DNA of 64,000 nucleotides from Azolla caroliniana (GCA_043228905.1 JBHGNT010000012.1:10664001-10728000), one strand, 5' to 3'; shown: positions 12,978 to 24,967, numbered from the stretch's first letter. Notes: generated from the letters alone by a model not told the origin. Numbers and translations are program-made.

Positions 12978-15900
12978 TCATGACACTATCCCCCCTTTAA
13001 AACGACGAGTGTCACGAGTCGTCTTGGATTGAGGACCCGGTTTGTGTGGATATTGACGATGGAAGTCTTCAAGAAGAGCACGAGCATTGGTTACATTCTC
13101 GATCGGTTCCCAAGTACGTTCGCTGGGGCTATAACCTAGCCAATCGACTAGATAGTAGAGTTTGTTGCGAACAATCTTGGAATCAGGGATGGCGGCCACC
13201 TCATACTCCGGCCCATCTTCAAGCTCGATCGGGAGTGGAGGTTGGATAAGACGTCCTGGGATGGTGCTCTCGTGGTAGGGTTCGAGGAGAGAACTGTGAA
13301 ACACGGGATATATCCGAAGTTGAGGAGGTAGATCGAGACGAAAAGCGACATCATTAATCTTTCTAATAATACGGAAAGGACCTAATCGCCGATAATCCAA
13401 CTTCTCACATGGGCGAGTAGTCTTGATGTGTCGTCGTAGCAGCCACACCCGATCTCCAATATTAAAACTGGATGGAAGTCGATGATGATCCACGTAGACC
13501 TTGTGTGTTTGTTGAGCTTGCTGGAGATGAGTAGATAGATCCGCTTGTATCTTGCGTAACCGCTCCAAACGATCCTCCACGCACGGATTTGTGGACACCT
13601 CTGGGGTTTCAAGTACACTCCACCGGGGGTGACATCCCGTATAAGCATAAAATGGCGTAACTTTAGTGGATGCGTGGATAGAGTTGTTATAGGCAAATTC
13701 GGTGAAGTGGAGAATATCTGCCCAGTCGTCCTGATGATAGTTGAGAAAGCACCGCAGATACTGCTCCAGCGTTTGATTTGTTCGTTCAGCTTGGCCGTCG
13801 GTTTGTGGGTGGTAGCCGGAGGAGAGGTTACAAGTGACCTTGAGCATGTTAAAAAGGTGCTTCCAGAATTTTGACACGAACTGGGGTCCACGGTCGCTGA
13901 TGATACTATCGGGAAGTCCATGATGCCGACATACTTCACGCATGACAATTTCGGCAGTGTTTTCACTGGAGATCTCCTTAGTACATGGCAAGAAATGAGC
14001 CATCTTCGTATATCGATCGACCACTGTTAGAATCGCATTGAACCCCTTAGAGACTGGAAGATCTGTGATGAAGTCTAGAGCAATGGATTGCCACGGCTTG
14101 CTTGGAATTGGTAATGGTTCTAATAAACCATATGGATGATTCCTTGGCATTTTCGCTCTGCAACATGTGTCACAAGTCCGAACAAAATCCTCGACAAATT
14201 GTCGCATACAGGGCCACCAGAATGATCGTTGTACTAAATGTAATGTTTTAGTACTACCAAAATGCCCAGCTGTATATGTGTCATGACAGTTTTGTACTAC
14301 TCGAAGGCGGCAAGGACCATTAGGAACATACAAAAGTTCTTTAAAGAAGAGTAATCCATCATGGTATTTGAATTGCCGATAGTCCGTACCTGGTGGTTGC
14401 GACTGTGAACACGACGCTTGAGAGGGATCAATTTGTGCTAGTATAGCTTGGGCGAACGCATCTGTCTTCAAGTCTTCACGGATGATATCGATAACGCGGG
14501 AATCCATAGGCATGTCAAAGATCTGTGTTGCTTGTAGTCGTGCCGGTCCCAAGATGACTTGCTTTTGGTTATCGAAAGCTGGCTCGCCGGGACGGGGTGC
14601 TAGATACGAACGCCGTGATAATGCATCTGCCTTCCCTTGGTGCCTCCCCCGATGATATGTAATTTTGAAGTCGAAACGCATGAGGAAGTGGGCCCACCGA
14701 GCTTGACGTCGATTCAACACACGAGCATCCTGAAAGTAGGCAAGATTCTTGTGGTCACTAAATACGGTGACTGGATGAGAGGATCCCTCCAGAAAATGCC
14801 TCCATTGCATAAAAGAATCCACTATTGCCAATAGCTCTTTATCATGAATTTCATAGTTGATTTCGGCGGCATCAAACTTGCGTGAGTGAAAAGGCACAGG
14901 ATGTAGCTTTTCATCATTCCCCTATTGTGACAGAATGCTCCCCAATGCAAAATCCAATGCGTCAGCTTCGATAATGAATGGTTTTTCCGGATCGACATGA
15001 ACTAGAATTGGGGCCGATGTAAATGCCTTTTTAAGACTCTCAAAAGCCATGTCCGTTTCTTTAGACCAGATGAACGGTTGTCCGTTCCTAGTAAGTTGTG
15101 TGAGAGGTAGAACGATCTTTGAGTAATCTTGTATGAACGTCCGGTAAAAATTGGCAAAACCTAAGAAGCATTGCACATCCCGCACCGAACGCGAAGTTTG
15201 TCATTCTACCACCGTTTTGACCTTAGCTGGGTCCATGGAGATGCCTTCTGACGAAATGATGTAGCCGAGAAATTCCACTTGGTTGCACCCGAAACTACAT
15301 TTTTCCAGCTTTGCATAGAGACCATGTTCTCGAAGTCGTTTTAGTACTAATAGTACATGAGAATCATGTTCTTCTTGGGTCTTACATATAGATCATCCAA
15401 ATAGATGATCAAACAATCATCCAATAGATCTCGGAATATATCATTAGCCATGTGCTGGAAGACTCCTGGCGCATTAGTGAGGCCGAACGACATGATAATA
15501 TACTCGAAGTGCCCATATCTGGTGCGAAACGCGGTCTTCCATTCATCTCCTGGTCGGATCCGTACGAGGTTATATGCTCCCCGTAAGTCGATCTTCGTGA
15601 AGAACTTGGCACCATTGATCCGTTCTAAAAGACTTGAGATAAGGGGAAGAGCATACCTATTCTTGATTGTAACCTTATTCAAGCCACGGTAATCTACAAT
15701 GAGACGAAGCGATCCATCTTTTTTCTTGACGAAGAAAATGGGCGCGCCGGTTGGAGATTTCGAATGCCGAATGAAACCATTCTCCAAATTCTCCTCTATA
15801 TAGGCCCGAAGGACTTCCAGCTCGGTTGGTGACAAATTGTAGATCGGTCCCCATGGCGGCTCTTTTCCCGGTTGTAAATCGATGGGGCAATCATACGGTC

Positions 15901-16560
15901 GATGATGAGGAAGTGTGTTGGCTTGTACTTTATCGAACACATCAGCGTAATGATGATACTTCTCGGGAAGTTGAACGGTGGATTCTTCTTTAGTGGTGCT
16001 GGAGGGGTTTACTGATATTGCAAAGAGGAACATTTCCTCCTTGTGCCCTTCTTTACGCAACTGACGTAGCGAAATGGTTGGCATCTTTTGAGTTGACCCT
16101 TGGGTTTGTCAACACCGGATTTCTCTTGTTCTCCAATCTATGTTTGGGTTATGTAACTCGAACCACGGTAGTCCTAAAACTATAGGATGTTCTGGGATAC
16201 TAATAATATTAAATGATACTGCACATGCTAAGTTATCTAGGGCAATATTAATGGGCTCTTACTCTTCTATGATATTTCCAGAAGCAATGGGACGTCCATC
16301 AATGACTACTACAGAGGCTGGACACTAGAGTTTTCTTAGGGATATCTTATGAGCTTGAGCAAATTTCTTATCCATAAAGCAAGAGTTAGCTCCGGAATCT
16401 AGGAGTGCTAGGACATGTACTGGAGGGGTACTTTTAGTACTAACTATTACTTGGGCTACGAACACATCACTAACTTGCTTAGAGGGAATGGAACCACTAA
16501 TGGGCTGCACAGATCTAGGGCTGTCCAACCAAACGGCTCCTATTTTGGCTGGACTTAGTC
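12978..16560 (-). pseudogene. pol of chromovirus copy 1 (PR-RT-RH-IN-CHD), disrupted
   Basis: LLDSGA, YLDD, HHCC zinc finger, SDRGPQF, GPF, chromodomain EYEV..YLVDWLGY..TWEP; stop codon falls inside the 3' LTR. Confidence 0.93.
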
Positions 16561-17706
16561 ATTTAACTCTTCTTCTAACTGACTAAGGACATCAAATTTG
16601 TTTGCTAGATCTGGGATATTAGTACTATTAGGACTATCAGATATCCCTACTGAAATAGGCTCGGATTTAGTACAATTAGAACTAGCGACTATTTGGTTTA
16701 CCTGTCTTCTTGGCCTATGGGGGCAATTTATTGCGATATGTCCTGGTCCACCGCAGTAAAGACATAGTCGATTTGTACGGCGTTGCTGCTTTTCTTCTTC
16801 GGATAATGGCCCTCGACGACGTGTAGTGTCAATCTCCATCGGAGTCGGAGTATTCGCTGGAGGCGCATTATATGACTCCCTCGGAAAAGGTCTTGCTACC
16901 ACTGAGGCGTAGGTGGGCTTTGATCTTGCCCTCGGCATCTGTAGCTGTCGTTCCGAACGTCGCTCAAAGAGGCAGTTGTCACATCTCACCGCACGACGGA
17001 TTGCTTCTGTTAAGGACTTTGGCTCTTCGGGGAAGGTCAAGAGTAAATCCTTGACGTCGTTGCGTAAACCATAACAGAATTGCTCCATCAATGCTTGATC
17101 ATCCCAAGGGATATCGGCGGCGAGTAGGCGAAAATCTGCAGCGTATGCGGAGGCTGGACGGTCACCTTGGCGTAATCGCCGGATTTTGTTGATTGCGGTC
17201 CTGATGCTGTCAGTATCTCCGAAACATGCTTTAAACTCACCTAGAAACTCTTCAAAATTGTTGAGTAATGGAGATTCCTTTTCTAATAGTAGAGCGAACC
17301 ATGACAACACTGAGCCACTTAACAAAGTGCCTACTAAACCCACTCGTGATGCATCGGTGGGATATCGGGAAGGATGCATTTGAATAACTAATCGTACCTG
17401 GTTAAGGAACCCTCTAAACTGCGATCGCGTTCCATCGAACTTCGTGGGAAGACCAATCTTAGGTTCTTTATGAATCCCTTGTGTTCCGGGCCCTTGTTGT
17501 TGCATCGCTACGATGGTGGCTTCGAGTTGTTGCACGCGTAACACAAGTTCGCCATGTTGTTGTTGCATTTGCTGCTTTTCTAAGGAGATTTGCTGAAGAT
17601 CCCCCAGCAACCGTTGGTTTTCTTGTTCCAAAGCATGGAACTTCTCCTTCAAGCATTGGAATTCCGAGAAAACAGATTGATATTCTTCAGCGTTAACAGT
17701 GGCCAT
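16555..17706 (-). CDS. Gag of chromovirus copy 1
   Basis: 383-aa ORF with KFDGTRSQFRGF, PTPMEID, CCHC knuckle CLYCGGPGHIAINC. Confidence 0.93.
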   Translation of the reverse strand: MATVNAEEYQSVFSEFQCLKEKFHALEQENQRLLGDLQQISLEKQQMQQQHGELVLRVQQLEATIVAMQQQGPGTQGIHKEPKIGLPTKFDGTRSQFRGFLNQVRLVIQMHPSRYPTDASRVGLVGTLLSGSVLSWFALLLEKESPLLNNFEEFLGEFKACFGDTDSIRTAINKIRRLRQGDRPASAYAADFRLLAADIPWDDQALMEQFCYGLRNDVKDLLLTFPEEPKSLTEAIRRAVRCDNCLFERRSERQLQMPRARSKPTYASVVARPFPRESYNAPPANTPTPMEIDTTRRRGPLSEEEKQQRRTNRLCLYCGGPGHIAINCPHRPRRQVNQIVASSNCTKSEPISVGISDSPNSTNIPDLANKFDVLSQLEEELND

Positions 17707-17879
17707 GGGATGAAAGAAAAGAGGAATAAAAGATTAGTAGGAAATGAGAGAGACAGAAGGTAGGAAAATTGGTTCAAACTGTCATGAACAGTACTGAGAC
17801 AGAGAAGAAATTAGTACTAAACGAAGGATTAGTACTATGAGAGGTGTGGAACTTCTTCGAGAGAAGGAAGAAGTGAGCG

Positions 17880-17914
<35 letters not shown>

Positions 17915-18050
17915 GTGTGATGATAAGAAAGATATGTATTATATGAAGAGAATATACAATGGTGGCTAAAAGGCTTAAGACTGGCGTTGAACCAATTTGG
18001 TTCAACATAATGCCTAGTGCCCTCTTTTATAGTGTTTTCAGGAGTAATCC

Positions 18051-18070
18051 TGAAGCTTCTAGAATGTTCC
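18051..18070. promoter_or_regulatory. Heat-shock element (4 inverted nGAAn units) in chromovirus U3; also at 26840-26859 and 32063-32082, and 3 units at 12826-12840
   Basis: tGAAg-cTTCt-aGAAt-gTTCc, ~20 bp upstream of TATAAAA (minus strand 18025-18031). Confidence 0.8.
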
Positions 18071-18380
18071 AGAGAAATCTGGAATATACACTAATTTCCT
18101 ATAATAAAATGTAAATGAAAATAATATCCTACGTATTACAATAGATGGTCTAATGGTCAAGAGCTCGACCCATATAACCTAAGGTCATGGGTTCGAGTCT
18201 TGCCATATCATGACAATGTTAGGGTTAACATCTTTTCTTCTGAGTGTAGCCCGGCTTAAAGGGTTGTATCTTTTCCTTTGTAATATATACGCTTGTATTT
18301 GTTTGTGCATGCTAGTGTATCCGGTGGTGTCGAGAGCATAGCCCTTCGTTCCCTATGCATAAGAATCGATGTCGTGCACA

Positions 18381-18414
<34 letters not shown>

Positions 18415-18532
18415 TTTGGTCACCTCCGGGTCGTGTCCGGAGTCGGTTTTCTTGGCATCCCTTTTTCCCTCGTCCGAGACTCCCTTGGTCCCGCCCCTTT
18501 CTGCACGCACGCGCATAATAACGCGACATCTT

Positions 18533-18550
18533 TGGTGAACCCGACGTGAA
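18533..18550 (+). other. Primer-binding site complementary to tRNA-Trp
   Basis: TGGTGAACCCGACGTGAA is the reverse complement of TTCACGTCGGGTTCACCA, the plant tRNA-Trp 3' end as I recall it. Confidence 0.85.
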
Positions 18551-18565
18551 GGGCGGCAAGGGAGC

Positions 18566-19378
18566 ATGGAGATAGAAGAAGACTTCGACTTCGAGGAGAT
18601 GATGGAAAAGATCATGATGGAAGCCAGATGGAAGATGGCGAAGCAAGATGCAGCTCAACAAGCCGTTGAAAGGGTGGTCGATCGAGTCGGCCGGTTCAAT
18701 GGGAATGAGGTCCCAAGTTTTTTGAGAGCTTACAATGCTGAGATGACGGAGTGGGGTGTGGACGAAGCGACAAGGCTAAATTTCTTTTGTCGAGTGGCGG
18801 CCGTATCAAGGTACGAAGAGGTCAAGGAGCTCCGAGAAGCTCACGAATCGTGGGAATCCTTTGAGGGAGCTCTATTGGAGGTATATGGGTACGCGGAACC
18901 GGAAGGAAGAGGTCGACATGAGTTCGATCGGTGGGTGGTGTCGGCGGGGCGTCATCAGAGCGCGATGGAGGCATTCTGAGAGTTCGAGCGTCGTTTCTCT
19001 CAACTCTCGGATTGGGAACGGAGATCGGTGGGGGCGGACAAAGTCCTCCTATTTTTGAAGACGGTCCATCATGAGGAGAGGATGAACATCTTATTCGAGC
19101 TTCAAGATGATTATGGAACACATGGTCTCACCGAGGAGTGGTCCAAAGTGGAATGGGTATGCCAGCAACATGATGCAAGGCGGTCGGCCACAACATGGCC
19201 CGCGAGTGGCGGAGAAGAGAGAGCGGCGAGTGACTACACACTACCGCCGGAAGGGAGCTCAACGCAAAATGGTTCGGAGGAGCTCGACCTAGAAGCGCTA
19301 ATACAGGAGGCATGCGAGCTTGTGAAGACGAAAATCGAAGCCGAAGAAGGGCTTATTATGGAGTCTGGCTGGAGGTGA
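18566..19378 (+). pseudogene. Gag-like ORF of the gag-only element (one in-frame stop at 18977-18979)
   Basis: Starts just after the PBS; GRFNGNEVPSFLRAY..WESFEGALLEVY capsid-like motifs. Confidence 0.75.
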
Positions 19379-22300
19379 TCGGAGGATGCGGAGGAAGAAT
19401 CCTCCCTAAGCGTAGAAGACAGGGCGGGGCCTATACGGAGGCCGGGAGAGCGTACGACGGTGGCATGGGAGAGGGTGCGGAACAAGCGACCCTCTTGTCT
19501 TGCGAGGAAGGGATGGCCATGGAGGCCGGTAACTACGGATTTGGGACATGGCGGCCCGAAACATCGAGTGGGGAGGAGACAAGCGGCGGTGCCACGACCT
19601 TACACACACCGGCCTTGGAGGCTCTGGCGGTCGGCCTGAGTGCCGGGGTGAGACCTAGAGCGACGGGCGGTGGAGGCGGCAAGGTGGGCAACCGAGACGA
19701 CGACGAAGGTTGTAGCAGACGGAGGCAAGACCCCTCGACACCGGGGCCGGAGACTACGACGGTTGCACTCGAATGCCAACATAAGACCGGAGAGAAGGGC
19801 GGTGGCCGTGAGGAGGCGTGGCCCGGAGCGAACACGTACGAATATGAGGATGCGAGGCCCGGAACGGGCATATACAAGAGGACCAACGGAGAGGTCGGGA
19901 GCGGCAAAGAGGAGAGAGTCAAGGGCCGACTCGACCGGAAGATGAAGCGAAAGAAGAGTGAAGCGGGGGCCGGTCAACCGGGCCCAAACAAAAAAAAGCC
20001 GACAAGACCAAGATTGTTTGATCGACTCCTTACCGGCCGGTTACGATTACGATGGGAGCTGGTGAGAGCGAGAAGGAGACTAATCGGGCACGACGAGTAC
20101 GGATCGGTGAGAGGCCGAGAGCAAGAGGGACCCTCCCCGCCTATTCTAGAGACTTCGGCGGTTGCGGATCAACATAAGACCGGAGAGACGACGGGTGGCG
20201 GCAAGGAGTCGGAGACCGGAACGGATGAGGCTACCGGAACGGGTACCCAATGCATGAAGATGGACGAGGACGGCCAAGACGGCAAGACGGAATCGTAAGG
20301 GGCTACGGCAACGAAGGACGAAGAGACTGACTCGGAGGTCGGGTCTACGGCGGATGAGGCGCGTAATACGAAGTATGCACTACAGCGTAAAACGGAGGAA
20401 GCTCTACAGCCGCTCGAGGGCCAAGAAACGAGCATGTATTCGGAAGAGCCACAACGAGTGACCGGTGATAGCGGTCCGGTCGGGCCTTTGAGAGGGAAAA
20501 GCGCGGCGAGATGCCGGGATCGGTGGATGGGCGGTGAGAGTGAAGGATGGTGCGCGGAGAACAACAGGGTACACACCGGGAAGAGAAAACGTGGCGGCTT
20601 CCTGGAGGGCATGCAAGGCCAAGCGGGCCATGAGGGTGCAAGTTGAGGCGAGGCGGTAACGAGAGCCTCGAGGAACACCGACACGGAGGTCGGGATGACG
20701 GTACGCTCTACGGCGAGAGAGCACGGCGGGCAAAGGAGAAGCAAGGAACGCAGAATGGGGTCGCCTAAGGGCCAAAGAATGAGCGCATATTCAGGGGATA
20801 ACATCGGCGCACGGGAAGAGCCTATGGAAGGCAAGCACGAAGCGGGAAGAGTCGACACGCCGAGGTGTTCGGCATGTGGAGACGATAAAACCAAAGGAGG
20901 AACATACGCGACACGCAAAGGGCGGAATCCGGAGTGCGATCGGAGAGATCGGGAGCGCATCCGGAGGACATACGAGGCGGACCAAGAGGGTGTACCTCGG
21001 GGCGAAGCAGCAACATTGGAGGTTGCGGAGGACATTGAAGACGAGAGCACCGACACGGATGTCGGGGAAGGAACGTACCTTTTCAAAAGGGTATGCAGAG
21101 CGGAGCAGAGTGCGAGACGTGCGATGTGGCCGCGTAAGGGCCGAGCGACGAGCAGGACGATGATCGACGACGAAGTTCGGCGTGTGACAGTGCCGAGTCG
21201 AGGAAGCGACCGAGGCAAGACAAGCGTGGACAAAGAGCACACAGTGCAATATCCGGCAAACAGTCGAGAAGAATGAGGATTCGGTCCAAGGTCGCACGCG
21301 GAAAACGAAGGAAGACAAAGAGAGGTGTGTGAAGACTGGTCTGGCGGACCGGGCAGAGATAGTGGTTCGGCGAACTCCGTCGAGTATGGTGGATCGGATG
21401 GAGCCGACGGTTCGAGAGCATACGACGGATATGGCGGACCGGGAGGCTACGGTGGTCCATGTGGGACGGATGGGCTTGCTCGAAGTGGAAGACGAAGTTG
21501 GGCAAAGCTGACAAAGACGCTAAGGACTCGGTTGACCGCCATTGCCGAAAATCTCACCTCTTTCCCCTTCTTGGCACATACCGGTGGATGTGCAGTTTTG
21601 TGGGGGCGGATGTCGTGAAGATTTTCGTCCATAGGGGGAGACTGGGGTGGAATGGGCAAGTCGGTGGTGTGCAACATGTGCACACGTATACTAGGAAATG
21701 GTGTATAGAAATAAGAGGGGAAATTTTATCCCACATTGTAAGGTCCCTCCCTCCTTGGGCTATCAAAGGAAGGGAGGGGTCACTTATGAAGGGGTTGCCT
21801 ATTTTGCGTATGAAGGGTATACCACTTAGTCTAGAGTTCTTACCATTTTAGGGTTAGGGTTTCGTTTAGGGTTTCCTTATTCATCCTCAGTTAGGGTTTT
21901 CTCATAGTCGTTTGGTGCGGCCCATGGGGCCACCATTGTTGTAATCATTCATTTGTTTTAACATAACTTGTTGAGCATCTTGCCTCGGCCGATCTCTCCT
22001 TCTATGTCATGGTCTTATTCTTTCTTCTTCTCCTCTTGAGCTAAGCTTCCAAAACATATCTTATTCTTTCTCCTCTACTCCCTAGTCCAAGACCCCGGTG
22101 GTTCCGCCCCTTCTACACGCACACGCGTAACAACGCGACAACGTATGAAAGAATTGGTTCCATGTAGAGGTGGACATTGGAAGCGAAATGTGAGGTGGTG
22201 GTTTGTGCATAAGGATATGCCTTTGACTTCTATTTTTACTTTGGATAATTTTTTTAACTCTTTGTTAAGAGCTTGGAAATGTTTGTTGCCTAATCTTGTG

Positions 22301-23819
22301 CATAAACATCCTATATAGGAGGACGGGTGGAGAAGGCAACCAATTTGTTGGAACCCCTTGATTAACGATGATTATGGTAATATGTTAGGAAGACGGACAA
22401 GATTAAATTGGGCGCGGTTGATGAGGCATTTGCGGCTAATGTTGGTACTTGGTTAAACTTTAATCAATCCTCTAGGGATGTTAAGGAACAAGTTTTGAAA
22501 TCAATAAGAGGTGGTACTTTAATGTTCCAAGAGATAAGTTATGCTTGTAATAGGATTTTGCCCACTTCTTTTAATTCAAACTAGGTATGGCATGGGACAT
22601 TCTCTTCGTTTAATGTCTTGACTGGAGTAAGAGCTTATACATCTAATGAATCCTTCTTAGCATATATAATAGTTTCGGAGGGAAAATTGCAATGGGTCTC
22701 TATGGAGGAGGATGACCTTCTCAATTTAGTGGATTGGAAACCTATTAGGGTGGATGCAAAAACAGGGAAGGTGTGTATTATTGATCCCCATCCTGAAAAA
22801 GTAAACCCTTTTTGGGATATTTGGGTTTGTGATAGTAAACCCTTATTGGAGTTAGAGTGGGATCCAACGGAATGGTGGTGGAGAGATGCTAATGGTAAGA
22901 TGGTTTCTTTCTTTGACTACTCTGTAAAAATTAGGTAGGGAATTCCAATGAAGGAGGAATCTAGTTATGCCGGTTACAGCTAAGGTATGGTTAAATAATA
23001 ATATGCCTATGCATTCAGTATTGGCATTTTGGAAATGGTTGTGGGCTCTACAGATTTCTCGCAAAATCATTCCATTTAGATGGTTGTGTGTCCACTATGT
23101 ACTTCCAGTCTTGGAATGGATGCATAGGGAAGAGGGAACCAAAACTTGCTCTTTTTGTGGGCTTCACTTAGAATCAATGCAACATGCCTTATGGAATTGT
23201 ATGGTTGCATGTTCTATTTGGAAACGTATGTTGTGTCTCATTGATGTTGCATATGGACCTAATGTGATTGCATGGGGAAATGTCTTTTGGATGGACGTAA
23301 ATGTGGATAAACATAATTATGAAAGGGAAAAGATATTGTTTATCCTTCAAACTAGGGGAAGGCAAGTTAAGGACATACCATACTCAAGCCCAAATCGGTT
23401 GAATGTGAATGCCACAGTATGGGCTACGATATCGTCGGTGGTTCTATGGAATATTTGGATAGGTCGATGTCAAAATGTGTTTAAGCAAATAAAGCAAAAT
23501 CCTATTCATTGTGTGAAGGAAATTTGGTTGATGCTTATCTCGATTCTAAAAGGTCAATATGACTCCTTCCTAGGTAATGAAGATATGATTTTTCTGAAAC
23601 AACAATCCTTTAAAGGCAAATTGAAAGATTTGTTAGTTTTTGTAGAGAGAAATGACAAAATGGAATGGCAATACGTACCCCGAGATGGTTGTTCCCTCCA
23701 TAGGTGGAGGTTGGTTCAAATTAGGACATAATGGGGGATATCTTACCCGCCACTAAATTTTGTCATTATAGGCTTGTATTTGCTTATTGCATTGGTAATG
23801 GAAACTATGGTGTAGTTTA

Positions 23820-23846
<27 letters not shown>

Positions 23847-23856
<10 letters not shown>

Positions 23857-24960
23857 AACATTCTTAAGTATTTTGACGTGTTACATTGTAAGCCAATATC
23901 TACTCCACTCAGAACTACTTGTAGACTATCCTTAGACGATGCCCCTAAAACCACTAAAGAATCTCTTGAAATGGAAAATGTACCGTATAAACAAGTCATG
24001 GGATGTATAAGGTATCTAATTAGTTGTACAAGGCCAAGTATATGTTTTAGTGCTAGTTTATTATCACGCTTCATGCTAATTCCAGGTCCAAAACATTGGC
24101 AAGCTCTTAAACGTGTACCTTGATATCTTAAGCATACTAAGGACTTAGTGATTACTTATTCACTTATACAATCAAACTCATCCCACGACATTCTAAGTGG
24201 ATGGACAAATCCCTCCTCTAATCTAAGTGGTTGGTCTGATTCTGATTGGGGGGAAGATGTAGATAATCAGAAATCTACTAGTGGGTATGTTTATACACTA
24301 GCAGGTAGAGCAATTGCTTGGCAGTCCAAGAAGCAAACAACTGTTGCATTGTCATCAAGTGAAGCTAAATATGTTTCAGCTGCACTAACGGCAAAAGAAG
24401 GAATTTGGATAAAAGCAGTACTGGAAGAATTAAATTTATTCAAAGTACCAACATTGGAGTTGAATTGTGATAATCAATCATGTATAAATCTAGCACGAAA
24501 TCCAAAGATGAGCGATAATATTCGACATGTCTCCTTCAAGCATCACTTCTTACGAGACTTGATTGAGGATAAAAAGATAGAATTAAAGTTCAGACCATCA
24601 ACCTCGATGTGGGCTAGTTTTCTTACGAAACTAGTTTCAAGTCAAAAAAAAATATTATGTTGCAAGAAGATAGGGCTTCTAAATTTTTCTAACGTAGAAG
24701 AAAAGAACACGATGTTTTGATTATTTCATTAGTGGGGGAGTGCTGGAATAGAAAATAATAAAATAATAAAACAATAAAACAAATAGACAATAATAAATAT
24801 GGCACTGTCTCATCTAAGAGACACATGAAGAGGCATAGTGCCTCATCGAAAAGACACACAGACATTGTTTTTGCAACTATCTGTTGAATCATTGTAGACT
24901 TTGTTTGATTTCAATGGAATCAATACAACTAAATCTATACAAATCTGTTCTATAGTCTAT
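23847..24960 (+). mobile_element. Ty1/copia remnant: RT end + RNase H (to 24720), PPT 24731-24740, start of 3' LTR at 24741
   Basis: PYKQVMGCIRYL..TRP, GWSDSDW, STSGYVY, SKKQTTVALSSSEA, CDNQSCI; AGTGGGGGAG then TG. Right boundary approximate. Confidence 0.88.
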
Positions 24961-24967
24961 TCTCATA

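Larger units (their letters stand above)
12552..18215 (-). mobile_element. Ty3/gypsy chromovirus (Tcn1-like) copy 1, full length with frameshifts. LTRs 12552-12985 and 17780-18215, TSD ATGTT
   Basis: Near-identical LTRs (TGTCA...TGACA); TSD 12547-12551 and 18216-18220; order gag-PR-RT-RH-IN-chromodomain; PPT AAAGGGGGGATAG. Confidence 0.97.
12251..22140 (+). mobile_element. Non-autonomous gag-only LTR retroelement. 5' LTR 12251-12551 + 18221-18528 (split by chromovirus), PBS 18533-18550, PPT 21602-21610, 3' LTR 21611-22140, 4-bp TSD ACGT
   Basis: TGTCG...CGACA termini; ACGT at 12247-12250 and 22141-22144, and removing the element restores the LINE frame LLHER-MKELVP; no PR/RT/IN in the internal region. 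Confidence 0.9.
8161..23846 (+). mobile_element. Near full-length degenerate L1-clade LINE (ORF1 ~8182-9530; ORF2 EN-RT-zf-RVT 9523-12250 and 22145-~23700), interrupted by an LTR element at 12251-22140
   Basis: Degenerate ORF1 zinc knuckle SFSCGMVGHLANEC; EN SWNVQGL/LQEHH/NIYAPN/GGDFN; RT WRPITILN/LDFEKAYDRVDW/VRQGCPLAP/FVDD; ~16-bp TSD ATATATATCTAACATT at 8145-8160 and 23847-23862; (TA)n tail. Confidence 0.93.

Noticed and set aside
12909-12980. Functional tRNA gene
   Set aside because: Acceptor and anticodon stems do not pair; only the A/B boxes are retained, inside LTRs
19312-21514. Long overlapping ORFs on both strands as host genes
   Set aside because: GC-rich, stop-poor internal region of an LTR element with no recognisable domains
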